Shown in pieces: positions 1 to 9,700 of a stretch of 32,000 nucleotides of DNA; position 1 is the first letter of the stretch, and the number at the start of each line of letters is the position of its first letter. The translations under genes and the position numbers were made by a program. Source of the stretch: Verrucomicrobiota bacterium (GTDB taxonomy: Bacteria > Verrucomicrobiota > Verrucomicrobiia > Opitutales > LL51); contig CP095464.1 of NCBI GenBank assembly GCA_021294815.2, positions 510,001-542,000 of the forward strand, in the 5' to 3' direction. The notes under the pieces were generated by a model that did no database searches, had not been told where the DNA came from, and saw nothing but the letters and a program-made list of their open reading frames with translations.

Positions 1-762
1 TTTAACGACCTTAACGCGTGTGCGATTGCCGAGGAAATGACCGGTGTTGTCCTTGATTTGGTTGACACGCCGGATGTCGAGGCGTACGGAGGCAAAAAAC
101 TTAAGCGCACGGCCGCCGGGTGTCGTCTCGGGGCTGCCGAACATAATCCCGATCTTTTCGCGGATCTGGTTTGTAAAAATACAAATACATTGGGTACGGC
201 TGACGGCAGATGTGAGTCGTCGCATGGCCTGGCTCATCATTCGGGCTTGGAGGCCGATGGTGGTATCGCCGATTTGGCCTTCGAGTTCGGCCTTTGGGAT
301 GAGTGCAGCAACAGAATCGATTACAATCACATCAATTGCACCGGAGCGAATGAGGGTTTCGGCGATATTGAGCGCATCTTCACCACTCTCAGGCTGAGAA
401 ACCATGAGATTATCGAGATCGACGCCGACAACTTTGGTGTATTTGGGGTCCAACGCATGTTCGACATCGATAAATACCGCATTGCCGCCCTTGCGCTGGG
501 CTTCGGCAATAACGCTGAGACAGAGCGTTGTTTTCCCCGAGGACTCTGGTCCGTAAATTTCACAAATTCGCCCACGCGGTAGACCACCAACACCGAGGGC
601 GAGATCGAGCGATAGCGAACCGGTTGAAATCACCGAAACGTTCATTTTTTTCGCATCGCCCATCCGCATGACGGACCCGTCGCCAAACTGTTTATTAACG
701 GCCGCAATCGCGAAATCGATCGGCCGATTTTGTGGTTCGTTTTTTTGGGTATCCGTCGTCAT
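1..762 (-). CDS. recA: Recombinase RecA, N-terminal 254 codons (3' end lies beyond the left window edge)
   Basis: Absent from the ORF track because it has no in-window stop. My reverse-strand translation from the ATG at 762-760 reads [36 protein letters not shown]...[56 protein letters not shown]...[18 protein letters not shown]. It shows the RecA Walker A (GPESSGKT) and typical flanking blocks. The frame is exact (762 = 254 codons). Confidence 0.93.
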   Translation of the reverse strand, partial: MTTDTQKNEPQNRPIDFAIAAVNKQFGDGSVMRMGDAKKMNVSVISTGSLSLDLALGVGGLPRGRICEIYGPESSGKTTLCLSVIAEAQRKGGNAVFIDVEHALDPKYTKVVGVDLDNLMVSQPESGEDALNIAETLIRSGAIDVIVIDSVAALIPKAELEGQIGDTTIGLQARMMSQAMRRLTSAVSRTQCICIFTNQIREKIGIMFGSPETTPGGRALKFFASVRLDIRRVNQIKDNTGHFLGNRTRVKVVK

Positions 763-810
763 AGCCGTATCTTCTACTGCGATTACCGGCTACTTCAAGA
801 TAAAAACTTT

Positions 811-1749
811 TTAGAGTTCGGCGCGGATTTGTTGGGTGTAGGATTCGATGACGGTTGCGGATTTATCGAGGCCGATCCGTTCATTTTCGCTGAGCTTCGG
901 GTGTAAAACTTGTACAATTCCCTGACGATTGACAACTGTTGGCATCGCGAGACAGATATCGTGGGCGGACTCGAGGCGCTCATGATGCGACGAAACCGGG
1001 AGAATCGCGTTTGCATCCATAGCGATTGTATGGCAGATTTTGGTTAAAGCTCCGGCGATACCGTAGAACGTCGCACGCTTTCCGGCGATAATTTTATACG
1101 CGGCATTGCGGACATTATCATCAATTTTACCACGGACTTCTTTAGTAAAGACTTTGCCGACGGTTTGAGCGAAATCTTCGATACCCATAATCCCGACATT
1201 GGCTTTCGACCAGATGAGGACTTCGTTATCGCCGTGTTCACCAAGTACATACGCACTAATAGTCTCGGAGGAAATCCCTAAAAACTGAGCAATTTCCGCT
1301 TGGAAACGCGCACTATCTAAAAGCGTCCCACTACCAATAACACGCGTTTTCGGAAGACCCGATAGCTGAAGGACGATCTCGGTCATGATATCGGCTGGGT
1401 TAGAGGCAACAAGGAAAATCGCATCTTTGGCGTATTGCATTACCTGCGGAACAATTTCCTTAAAGATCGAGGCGTTGACCTTGAGAAGATCAAGGCGTGT
1501 TTGACCGGGTTTCTGATTCGCACCAGCAGTGAAAATAATAATATCGGATCCAGTGAGGTCTTTGTAATCCCCAAAAGAGATCCGGTTATGGTGGCCACAA
1601 GGAGTCGCGTGAACGATATCGATGGCCTCGGCTTCGGCCCGCGCGGCATCCTTATCGATGAGGAGAACTTCGTGCGCCGTACCACTCATCACAAGCTGAA
1701 AGGCCGTTGCACTGCCGACAAATCCCGAACCTATAATTGCAATTTTCAT
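811..1749 (-). CDS. ldh: L-lactate dehydrogenase (LDH/MDH superfamily)
   Basis: 312 aa. N-terminal Rossmann motif MKIAIIGSGFVGS, the block AGANQKPGQTRLDLL, LDSARF, and the catalytic-His block LGEHGDNE. Gln (not Arg) at the specificity position in AGANQKPG favours lactate over malate. Confidence 0.8.
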   Translation of the reverse strand: MKIAIIGSGFVGSATAFQLVMSGTAHEVLLIDKDAARAEAEAIDIVHATPCGHHNRISFGDYKDLTGSDIIIFTAGANQKPGQTRLDLLKVNASIFKEIVPQVMQYAKDAIFLVASNPADIMTEIVLQLSGLPKTRVIGSGTLLDSARFQAEIAQFLGISSETISAYVLGEHGDNEVLIWSKANVGIMGIEDFAQTVGKVFTKEVRGKIDDNVRNAAYKIIAGKRATFYGIAGALTKICHTIAMDANAILPVSSHHERLESAHDICLAMPTVVNRQGIVQVLHPKLSENERIGLDKSATVIESYTQQIRAEL

Positions 1750-1801
1750 AGTAGTGCTGATTTTATCAGGAAATCGCTGGATTTACAAGGTAATTTTACA
1801 T

Positions 1802-2596
1802 TTATTTTAAATTCCGATGTACCAGCGTCTCGTCGAAGTAATTGAAGTCCATACCTGCGTTCACAACGATACCAGCGCCATTGATACCCGTTGAAAGGTT
1901 ACTCAATAAGAATAAAATCGTTTTAGCGACCTCTTCAGTCGTGACGGCTCGTTTCCGAAGCGTCATCTGTTCCGCATAAAGGTAATTATCAACATAACCG
2001 GGGATTCCTGCGGAGGCACTCGTTTTCAACGGTCCTGCTTTGACACAGTTGAAACGTACTTCGCTATCGGCACTGAAAGATTTCGCTAAAAATCGAACAA
2101 CGCTTTCGAGCGCAGCTTTGATCGGAGAGAGGTAACCATAGGTCGGTGCCGTTACTTGTGACGAAATACCAACCGTTACGACGGACGCATCATTGGCAAA
2201 CAATGATTTGAAGGCATTCGCGAGCTCGACAAGTGAAAAACAGGAAATCTGGGTTGCCTGTAAAAAATCTGCCCGCTTGGTTGCGTGAAAGGGCTTAAAG
2301 CCATCGGCGTAATTCCCAAATGCAATCGAGTGAACAAGTCCATGTAAGATGGGATGCTTTTGTCGGATGTTTTCCGCAAGACCCACGATTTGATCCGGAT
2401 CTTCGACGTCGCAAATATAAATTTCGCGTCCCGGTAAAAGCTTTTGAACGGAGTCGCGGCGCTGAGGCGAACGGACACTGTAAAGAACCTCCGCCCCAAG
2501 AGCTCCTAAAAGCTGAGCAACAGCCCATGCTACGCTCTTTTTATTCGCAACACCCATGACGAGGATACACTTCCCCGCCAATTGCAACAAATCCAT
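1802..2596 (-). CDS. fabI: Enoyl-[acyl-carrier-protein] reductase (NADH), FabI type
   Basis: 264 aa. Glycine-rich N-terminus GKCILVMGVANKKSVAW, HSIAFG, and a Tyr-x6-Lys catalytic pair in YGYLSPIKAALES, as in FabI. Confidence 0.82.
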   Translation of the reverse strand: MDLLQLAGKCILVMGVANKKSVAWAVAQLLGALGAEVLYSVRSPQRRDSVQKLLPGREIYICDVEDPDQIVGLAENIRQKHPILHGLVHSIAFGNYADGFKPFHATKRADFLQATQISCFSLVELANAFKSLFANDASVVTVGISSQVTAPTYGYLSPIKAALESVVRFLAKSFSADSEVRFNCVKAGPLKTSASAGIPGYVDNYLYAEQMTLRKRAVTTEEVAKTILFLLSNLSTGINGAGIVVNAGMDFNYFDETLVHRNLK

Positions 2597-2607
2597 GGCG
2601 TATCTCT

Positions 2608-2636
2608 AAAAAAAAACGCGCCATGAAGACAAGGCG
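2608..2636 (-). terminator. Weak hairpin plus T9 run between fbaB and fabI (possible attenuating terminator)
   Basis: The minus strand reads TAA-TCGCC-TTGTCTTCAT-GGCGCG-TTTTTTTTT. The GC stem is only 4 bp with a 10-nt loop, followed by nine T. The fabI ATG follows 11 nt later, so read-through is likely. Confidence 0.3.
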
Positions 2637-2637
2637 A

Positions 2638-3690
2638 TTACGCAATCGTAATCGAGTGATCAAGGTAGACGTCCTGAATGGTATTCAAGAGTTCAACACC
2701 CTGAGCCATCGAGCGCTGGAACGCTTTACGTCCGCAAATCAATCCGGATCCACCGGCACGCTTATTGATAATTGCCGTCCGGACTGCTTCTTCAAAATCG
2801 TTATCACCGGAAGCACCACCAGAGTTAATCAGTCCCATCCGGCCCATATAGCAGTTGGCGAGCTGGTAGCGGGCCAAATCGATCGGGTTATCCGTGGTTA
2901 ACTCGCTATACACCTTGTCGTGCGTTTTACCGAACTTAATCGCCTTAAACCCACCATTATTAGTCGGTAGCTTTTGTTTGATGATATCCGCTTCGATCGT
3001 GACACCGATATGATTCGCTTGTCCGGTTAAGTCTGCTGCGGTATGGTAATCTTGATCGGCCTTAAATCCAGGGTTACGGAGATAGCACCAGAGAATTGTG
3101 ACCATTCCGAGCTCATGAGCCCGCTGAAATGCCAGCGAAGTTTCTTGGATTTGGCGTGTTGATTCTTCCGAGCCGAAGTAAATGGTCGCTCCGATTGCCG
3201 CAGCTCCCATATCATAGGCCTGTTCGACTTGGCCGAAGTAGATTTGATCGAACTTGTTCGGATAGGTTAACAATTCGTTGTGGTTAAGTTTCACAACAAA
3301 CGGGATTTTGTGTGCGTACTTACGGCTGACACTTCCCAAGACACCTAGTGTCGAAGCAACGGCGCTACAACCACCCTCGATCGCGAGCTTAACAATATTT
3401 TCAGGGTCGAAGTAAAGCGGATTCGGTGCAAAACTCGCCCCAGCCGAGTGCTCGATGCCCTGATCAACCGGAAGGATCGAAATATAGCCGGTTCCCGCAA
3501 GGCGACCGGTATGATACATCCACGCTAACTGATTAAGGACGGGTGTAGGGCGATCGGTGTGAACAAAGACGCGATCGATAAAGTCAGGCCCCGGAAGGTG
3601 AAGATCTTTTTGGGAAATCGTCTCGCAACGATGCTCTAGAAGATGTTCCGAATCGTGATCAATGAAGTTTTGAATATGCTGGTTCATCAC
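2638..3690 (-). CDS. fbaB: Class I fructose-bisphosphate aldolase, DhnA/FbaB type
   Basis: 350 aa, collinear and highly similar to E. coli FbaB as I recall it. Shared blocks: [102 protein letters not shown] at the C-terminus. Confidence 0.92.
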   Translation of the reverse strand: MMNQHIQNFIDHDSEHLLEHRCETISQKDLHLPGPDFIDRVFVHTDRPTPVLNQLAWMYHTGRLAGTGYISILPVDQGIEHSAGASFAPNPLYFDPENIVKLAIEGGCSAVASTLGVLGSVSRKYAHKIPFVVKLNHNELLTYPNKFDQIYFGQVEQAYDMGAAAIGATIYFGSEESTRQIQETSLAFQRAHELGMVTILWCYLRNPGFKADQDYHTAADLTGQANHIGVTIEADIIKQKLPTNNGGFKAIKFGKTHDKVYSELTTDNPIDLARYQLANCYMGRMGLINSGGASGDNDFEEAVRTAIINKRAGGSGLICGRKAFQRSMAQGVELLNTIQDVYLDHSITIA

Positions 3691-3718
3691 CTTTAGGATA
3701 TCACTTTAAACCAACAAG

Positions 3719-5113
3719 TCAAGCGAGGATGGCATCGCGTAAATGTCGCGCAACATTGGAGAAATCACCGTTGGAGAGAAATAAAAAGACTTGCTTTTGA
3801 CCGGTGACTTTTTGGGGAAACGTCGCTTTGATCTTTTCCGGATCTGTTGCAAATGCCGGACAGGAATGAATTTCACGGACTAACCGTTCGACATCGAGAC
3901 CGTGTGCTTTGTTCTTAAAAATTTGGGAAACATATGCTTCGTTGCTTCCTTGAAAGGCATCGATAAAGCGCGCTTGAAAAAAGTCCGAGCAGGCCGTATT
4001 GCTTCGCGGTTCAAAGGCGGTAATGATTTGGTGTTCCGGAAATGCCTGACGAATCGCCTCAATTGTTTTCGCAATCGCCGTAGGGTGATGCGCGAAGTCC
4101 TCAATAATCACCGTTCGTCCATTGTTAAAGATGACCTCCTGGCGTTTTTTGACACCCTTAAAGCCCTGAAGGTTGAGATTGAGCGGCGCTTCGAAAAGTG
4201 CCCCCTGTTTGTGATGATAGGCGTAGAGGGCTGTAACGGCCATGGCGACATTGCGCACATTGTGATGGCCAAAGATGGGACTTTTAAGTGTCAGTACCGT
4301 GTTTCCGCTTTTTAAGGAAAACGTTGTGCCTTGATCGGTTTGAACTTCATCGGTAATCACGACGTCGTTTGTATTCGATGTTCCGACAAAAATCGTCTGT
4401 GTCCAGGAAACAGGTAGAAGCGCACGAACGGTTTCGGAATCTCCGTTGGCGATAATGCGCCCTTCGGAAGGAACGATACGGATCAGATGCGAAAAAGAGC
4501 GCTGGATATCGGCAAGATCGCGAAAGATATCCAAATGATCTTCCTCGATATTATTGATAACTAGAATCTTTGGGGAGTAGTGAATGAATTTACTGCGCTT
4601 ATCAAAAAACGCAGAGTCGTACTCGTCGCCTTCAATAATGAAGGGCGAATCTTTTGTGCCATAGTAGGCTCCGGAGGGGAAGTTTAATGGAACGCCACCA
4701 ATAAAGTATCCCGGCTGGAGATTGTTTTCTTGAGAGAGGTAGGTCGTGAGTGCTGTTGTCGTCGTCTTGCCGTGGGTCCCCGTAATAACAACTGCATCTC
4801 GATTGGCGATAACATGATGATGAATTAACTCGGGCAGCGAGCAGTACGGAAATTGCTTGGTATTGAGAAGCCATTCCATGGTGGCGTTTCCGCGGGTGAT
4901 CACATTGCCGACGACGACGAGATCGGGGGATTTTTGAATGAGATGCTGCGGATCGTAACCTTCTTGAATTTCAATCTTGGATTGCTGGAGTAGGTCGGAC
5001 ATCGGCGGGTAGAGCTTCGCGTCGGCCCCCGAAACGGTATGCCCTTGGGCCTGCATTAAGATCGCTAAATTCCCCATCGCAGTTCCTCCAATCCCCAGAA
5101 AATAAATCTTCAT
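3719..5113 (-). CDS. mpl: UDP-N-acetylmuramate:L-alanyl-gamma-D-glutamyl-meso-diaminopimelate ligase (murein peptide ligase)
   Basis: 464 aa. The N-terminus MKIYFLGIGGTAMGNLAILMQAQGHTVSGADAKLYPPMSDLL parallels Mpl. Also the Mur-ligase P-loop VVITGTHGKTTTT and FIIEGDEYDSAFFDKRSKF. Confidence 0.85.
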   Translation of the reverse strand: MKIYFLGIGGTAMGNLAILMQAQGHTVSGADAKLYPPMSDLLQQSKIEIQEGYDPQHLIQKSPDLVVVGNVITRGNATMEWLLNTKQFPYCSLPELIHHHVIANRDAVVITGTHGKTTTTALTTYLSQENNLQPGYFIGGVPLNFPSGAYYGTKDSPFIIEGDEYDSAFFDKRSKFIHYSPKILVINNIEEDHLDIFRDLADIQRSFSHLIRIVPSEGRIIANGDSETVRALLPVSWTQTIFVGTSNTNDVVITDEVQTDQGTTFSLKSGNTVLTLKSPIFGHHNVRNVAMAVTALYAYHHKQGALFEAPLNLNLQGFKGVKKRQEVIFNNGRTVIIEDFAHHPTAIAKTIEAIRQAFPEHQIITAFEPRSNTACSDFFQARFIDAFQGSNEAYVSQIFKNKAHGLDVERLVREIHSCPAFATDPEKIKATFPQKVTGQKQVFLFLSNGDFSNVARHLRDAILA

Positions 5114-5194
5114 TGCTCTGGGCCCTGCACCGTATCGTTTGGACTAAAAAATCAAGTTTTTACTGTAAAATTTTTATATTTTTACCAATTCGTT

Positions 5195-6226
5195 TCATTC
5201 ATGGTATTGAGCGGCGACCATCAAGGAACTGATTCCACTTCCGATACCGAGTAATGCTAGGTGATCACCGGGGTTAATCCGTTCGGATTCGAGTGCGAGC
5301 GAAAGCGTTATGGGTAAGGCGACAGAGCCGGTATTACCCAAAAGCGGAAAGGTTGAATAATCCGTACAGAGATCGAGTTCGAGGGCCTCATAGAGCGCCG
5401 CGCGATGGCGGAGTCCAACCTGATGGCAAATGGTATGTTGAAAAGTATTTTTTGTATAGCGATGCTCGTTTAAGAACTTTTGCCAATTGTCTTTTGCGAG
5501 CTGAATACCGAGTTCTAGGAGTTTTCCGGAATCTGTCTGCATCACGAGTCCTTCGTCGTCGCTATCGCCTTGGCAAAGTGTACATCCGGCACTGTTGCTA
5601 CTGCCTGTTATCGCTTGGATATGCAGTGCTGGTTGAGATAGAAGCGTATCGTGTGTGATGAGGGCAGCGACGGCACCCGACCCGATCGTAAGGTTTGCGA
5701 AAAATGCTTTTATTTCTTGACGGGAGATGGTGGTGTTGTGCTCAAGTTGAGCCAGCGTTCGATCGAGGAGTGGCTTCCCATTTTCTCCGCAAACGATGAG
5801 TGCCGAACGGATTCTTTGCGTTTCAATAAGCCCCGCGACCATCATGAGTGCATTGAGGAAGCCAAGACAGGCATTCGAAAGATCAAAAAAGAGCGTTTCT
5901 GGCGGAAGGTGTAGCGCTTGGTGTACGTAGGCGGCCGTTGCCGGTTCCAAACGATCGCGACAGACGGAGGCGTGGATCAGTAAATCGGGGACGATATCGG
6001 CTTTTTTGAGGACAGCTTGGCCGGCTAGTGTACTCGCGGCGGAGGGAAGGATGGGCTCTGGCCAAGCCCGGCGTTCCCGGATCCCGGTCATTAGCTCGAG
6101 GCGTCCGTGTGGGAGGTGTAGACGTTCATAGAGTGTACGTAAACGTGTTTCAATCGCCTCCGAAGTAATGACGACTGAAGGGAGGATATGTTCGATCGCG
6201 GCAATGGCGACGTGTTCGAATTTCAT
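5195..6226 (-). CDS. KAS III-like (FabH family) condensing enzyme
   Basis: 343 aa. Thiolase-fold Cys-His-Asn triad candidates in LSNACLGFLNA, ICHQVG and LLGNTGSVALP. The N-terminus is of the variant type with ...LPHGRLELMTGIRERR.... The substrate cannot be inferred from sequence alone. Confidence 0.7.
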   Translation of the reverse strand: MKFEHVAIAAIEHILPSVVITSEAIETRLRTLYERLHLPHGRLELMTGIRERRAWPEPILPSAASTLAGQAVLKKADIVPDLLIHASVCRDRLEPATAAYVHQALHLPPETLFFDLSNACLGFLNALMMVAGLIETQRIRSALIVCGENGKPLLDRTLAQLEHNTTISRQEIKAFFANLTIGSGAVAALITHDTLLSQPALHIQAITGSSNSAGCTLCQGDSDDEGLVMQTDSGKLLELGIQLAKDNWQKFLNEHRYTKNTFQHTICHQVGLRHRAALYEALELDLCTDYSTFPLLGNTGSVALPITLSLALESERINPGDHLALLGIGSGISSLMVAAQYHE

Positions 6227-6606
6227 CGCTCAGAATCGACAGGGGTCATCGCACGCGCTTTAATAACGAGGGCTTCGCGGTATTCGTTGGGTTCTGGGTC
6301 GCCCATCACTGAAACCTGCTTGCCGACGAGGTCAAGGAGCGGCATCCCCAGCACTAGCTCTGAAGTGTCGATGTAGGCCAAGATCTGACCATGATCCCCC
6401 GTGAGCGCATAATCATACCGGGGCCGGATCAAGCCGCCGAGAAAACACTTCAGCCGTCCGCCGTACGTTCTCGGGGAAAAATCTGACTTCGGCCGTTCGA
6501 CTACCTTTTTAGCAACGGGTTCTGGGCGTTTGGAGCGTGGGATTGCGGGGCGCGCCGTTAGAATTATGGGCACCAACGCGGCCAGCAAAGTAAATACATA
6601 TTTCAT
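6223..6606 (-). CDS. Small exported or membrane-anchored hypothetical protein
   Basis: 127 aa. The N-terminus MKYVFTLLAALVPIILTARP is signal-peptide or anchor-like, followed by a basic Pro/Lys linker. Its stop overlaps the KAS III-like start by 4 nt (6223-6226), which implies co-translation. I recognise no family. Confidence 0.5.
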   Translation of the reverse strand: MKYVFTLLAALVPIILTARPAIPRSKRPEPVAKKVVERPKSDFSPRTYGGRLKCFLGGLIRPRYDYALTGDHGQILAYIDTSELVLGMPLLDLVGKQVSVMGDPEPNEYREALVIKARAMTPVDSER

Positions 6607-6693
6607 GCGGTATATTTTACTGGAAAAGGTGTCTAATTTTTCAAGTCCGATTTCACACGCTGCGGTTTCTTGTTAAATGTTTTATAAAAAGCA

Positions 6694-6720
6694 TTGAACT
6701 TACCAAAAAAAACCTAAAAT
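6694..6720 (+). promoter_or_regulatory. Candidate sigma70-type promoter for the giant ORF
   Basis: TTGAAC (6694-6699), a 15-nt spacer, then TAAAAT (6715-6720), 27 nt upstream of the ATG at 6748. An AAGG Shine-Dalgarno-like element lies at 6737-6740. The spacer is short, so the call is weak. Confidence 0.25.
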
Positions 6721-6747
6721 GGTCCACTGAACAAAAAAGGTAAAGAT

Positions 6748-9700
6748 ATGGATAAAAAGGGAATTACGAAAATCTTAACGGGGATGCTATTCTTAAGCCC
6801 TCTCGTTTCGGAAGCCTGGAAGTACAGCACATACGTCGAGGAGCTTAGAGGTAAGTGGAAATTCACTAAAAACGTGAAAGACTGGAGCGATAATCCAATT
6901 GATGAAGGCAAGGAAGAAAAAGATGTCTACGAGGGCTCGCGGTCCGTTGTTATTTCTAAACCAAATACATTCGCTATTTTTGCCGATATCGATGGCAAAT
7001 TCAAAAATGATCACCAGATGTGGCTGGCGGAAACATCAAATGAGGACGGAGCCCAAGGCAAAGGTGTTATAAAAAATGGAAATTCAAAAACCGTGTCTAA
7101 TGGAACGCGATTCACCTACTACAAGCACCCGACGATTTATATTTCGAAAGGTAATCCCAAGGATTGCTCGATGGAAGCCGCGTTTTATGATCGCATCCCA
7201 ACCATTAAATCGGGAGAGCAAAATGTCAGTGTCTTATTCGAATTGAAGGCTCTCAAGGATGGCAAAGGCAGTCAATCCGTCAAAATTCCCACAGCGCCGT
7301 TGTTTTTCCCATTGAGCACAAAGGGCAAGGTCGGGGACGTCCCAATGTCCAAACAAATTTTCGACGCAGCTACAAAGAAAACATTTGAAGATCGTGCCAA
7401 GGAACCCTGTCTAGATTTTTCGAATACGCCGATTATACACATTGATTTAGGCTTAGGAAAAGCGACATACAACGGTGAAGAAATCGATGCGCAACGTTTC
7501 ATGGAATTTTACATGCTTCCGGCGGAGGTTTCTAAGTGGTATTTCCACCCCGCTATGGCGCTCCACCGTGCGGGATTACTCCAAGAGGAATTCTCTCCTG
7601 TGGAGTATACATTTTCAATTTCCAATGATATGACGCCAGATGGTATCAAGACTTGGCCCAGTAGCGTCGATGGCATGAAGGGTTTGGTCATTGATGATAC
7701 TCTCACAAGCATCAATTGCAAAGCCTGGGCCTTGAGTAAAGTCTCGTGCGCCGGAAATGAGGTAATGACTGTTGCATCTGCTCCTCGAACGAAGTACTTC
7801 AAGGATGGAACTGAGGCCGAGACAGATCAACTGGTCGGAGTGGAAATTCAACCCGATGGCGACATACTTCGGGCGGCGGTGTTCTATAAGATGGGGGGCA
7901 CTACAAAAGCCTTCACGGCGATTTACGGCTTCCTTCCCTACGACCCCGCGATGGCGATGATCCAAAAAATGTGCACGGGAGCACTACCAGATGGCGGCAA
8001 GAAGTTCACGGAGTTAGAGACCTACAGCGAGGAAATGAAGGCGGTTGCTCAGATCTTAAATGAATTGAAAGATGATCATGGAGGTGCTTTACCGGCCAAC
8101 TTCGAAAACGTCATCACCGCTATGGATAACTTGAGCAGCATTGACGTTTTGGCATTAAAAGCATGGGACGACATTGCAAAGCTATCAGCAGACGACATGC
8201 TCAGTGCGCATGAGAAATATCTGAAACTTAAGCCAGAGAACCACGGGTTAGATGTTTTTGTAAGAGCTGCTGTGGAAAAACCCACAGGTATAAAGTGGGA
8301 CGATAACTGGACGTACGCAGGTCATAAGAAGACTGTTGAAGATGAAGTTGATAAAAAATTAGGGTCGACAACAGGTACGAAGCCACAAGCCCATAACTAT
8401 GTTCAGTTTAGACTAGCCATAAACGACTTAAAAAGAGACAAGGCAGATACTAATGCGCTCAAGATTGCTGCGAAGAAGTTAGCGGACCTTTTAGGCGTTA
8501 AGAGGCCAACTGACGGCGTCTTAACCAAGGCAGAAATTGAAGCAGAAGAGGAGAAACTGAGGGAAGATTTTGAAGCGCTTGACGGGAAGACGAAAGGAAC
8601 AGAGTTCTGGAATGCGTATGACGCAATGAACATCAAGAAAGGAGCTCCCGCGAAAGATGTCGAGGTGGCGATCAATAAATTCCTCAATGAGAATAATTGC
8701 AATAAAGCCCTAACAGATCAATTAAATGCGTGGTTGGAGTGCTATAAAGCTGGAGAGGCGATTAATACTCAGATCAATGCTGTTCCGGATGATGTTTCTA
8801 AACTGACAAAGCCTTCAGATGCACAAAAAGCCCTTGAAGATGCTCAAAAGAAATTTGACGCCCTCAAAGCTCTTCTCGAGAAAGGTGGTGGTAAATTCGA
8901 AAAGAAACCTGCCGGCGGCGGTGGTGGCGGTGAAAATGGTACAGCCATCCTTGCGAAGTTGCCGGGTGACAACGAGGCTAAGAAAGACCTCGATGCGTTT
9001 TTAGGTATGCCGGAGAACGGAAAGCTGAAAGATGCCATTGCTGAAATCGATGCGCTTGCAATTAAGGCGGATACGCTGCCGATGGCTTTGATTAAGACTC
9101 TAGATGATGCAAATAAAATAGACAACTCGGTGTTTCGAGCTCAATTATGTGCATACGTAGAGCTCCTAAAAACAGTGCGAAAGTACAATGAAACTAACAC
9201 ACCGAAGAATTTGGCGGAAGTCAAAAAGGCTTTGACGACATTTCAAGAGACCAAGGTATGGACACCTGCGGAAATCACGGCGAAAACCGATGCAATTAAG
9301 GCGGCTGCAAAGAAACTCAGAGAAGAGCATGCGGCGTTCGATAAAGCGATAAAAGAGAGCATTGAGGCTAAGCCAGTAAAGAAGATCAATGACTATACTA
9401 GTGATGATAAATTACAGCAGAAATTAAGTGCGTATGGAGCATATGTAAATTACATGAATCTTGCAGAAGGAGAAGATTGGGATACCTTTTTTTCCGATGC
9501 AGTTCCGCCTCCGCCTCCGCCTCCGCCTCCGCCGGGAAAGGGGCCGAGGAAGGATACCAAGCAGGCTCATATTGAATCTGCCCAACAAAACCTCACCGAA
9601 CTCACAAAACTTTTAAACAGTGCAGAGCATCACGACGAACCGACACCTCCTGGGGTATGGACTTGGAAAGAGATTGACGCTAATACGAACAAATTTAAAG

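Noticed and set aside
37-582. 181-aa and 117-aa plus-strand ORFs, and an 88-aa minus-strand ORF, in the first 600 nt
   Set aside because: They overlap the unmistakable recA reading frame (minus strand, frame set by the ATG at 762). They are shadow or off-frame ORFs with no recognisable motifs.
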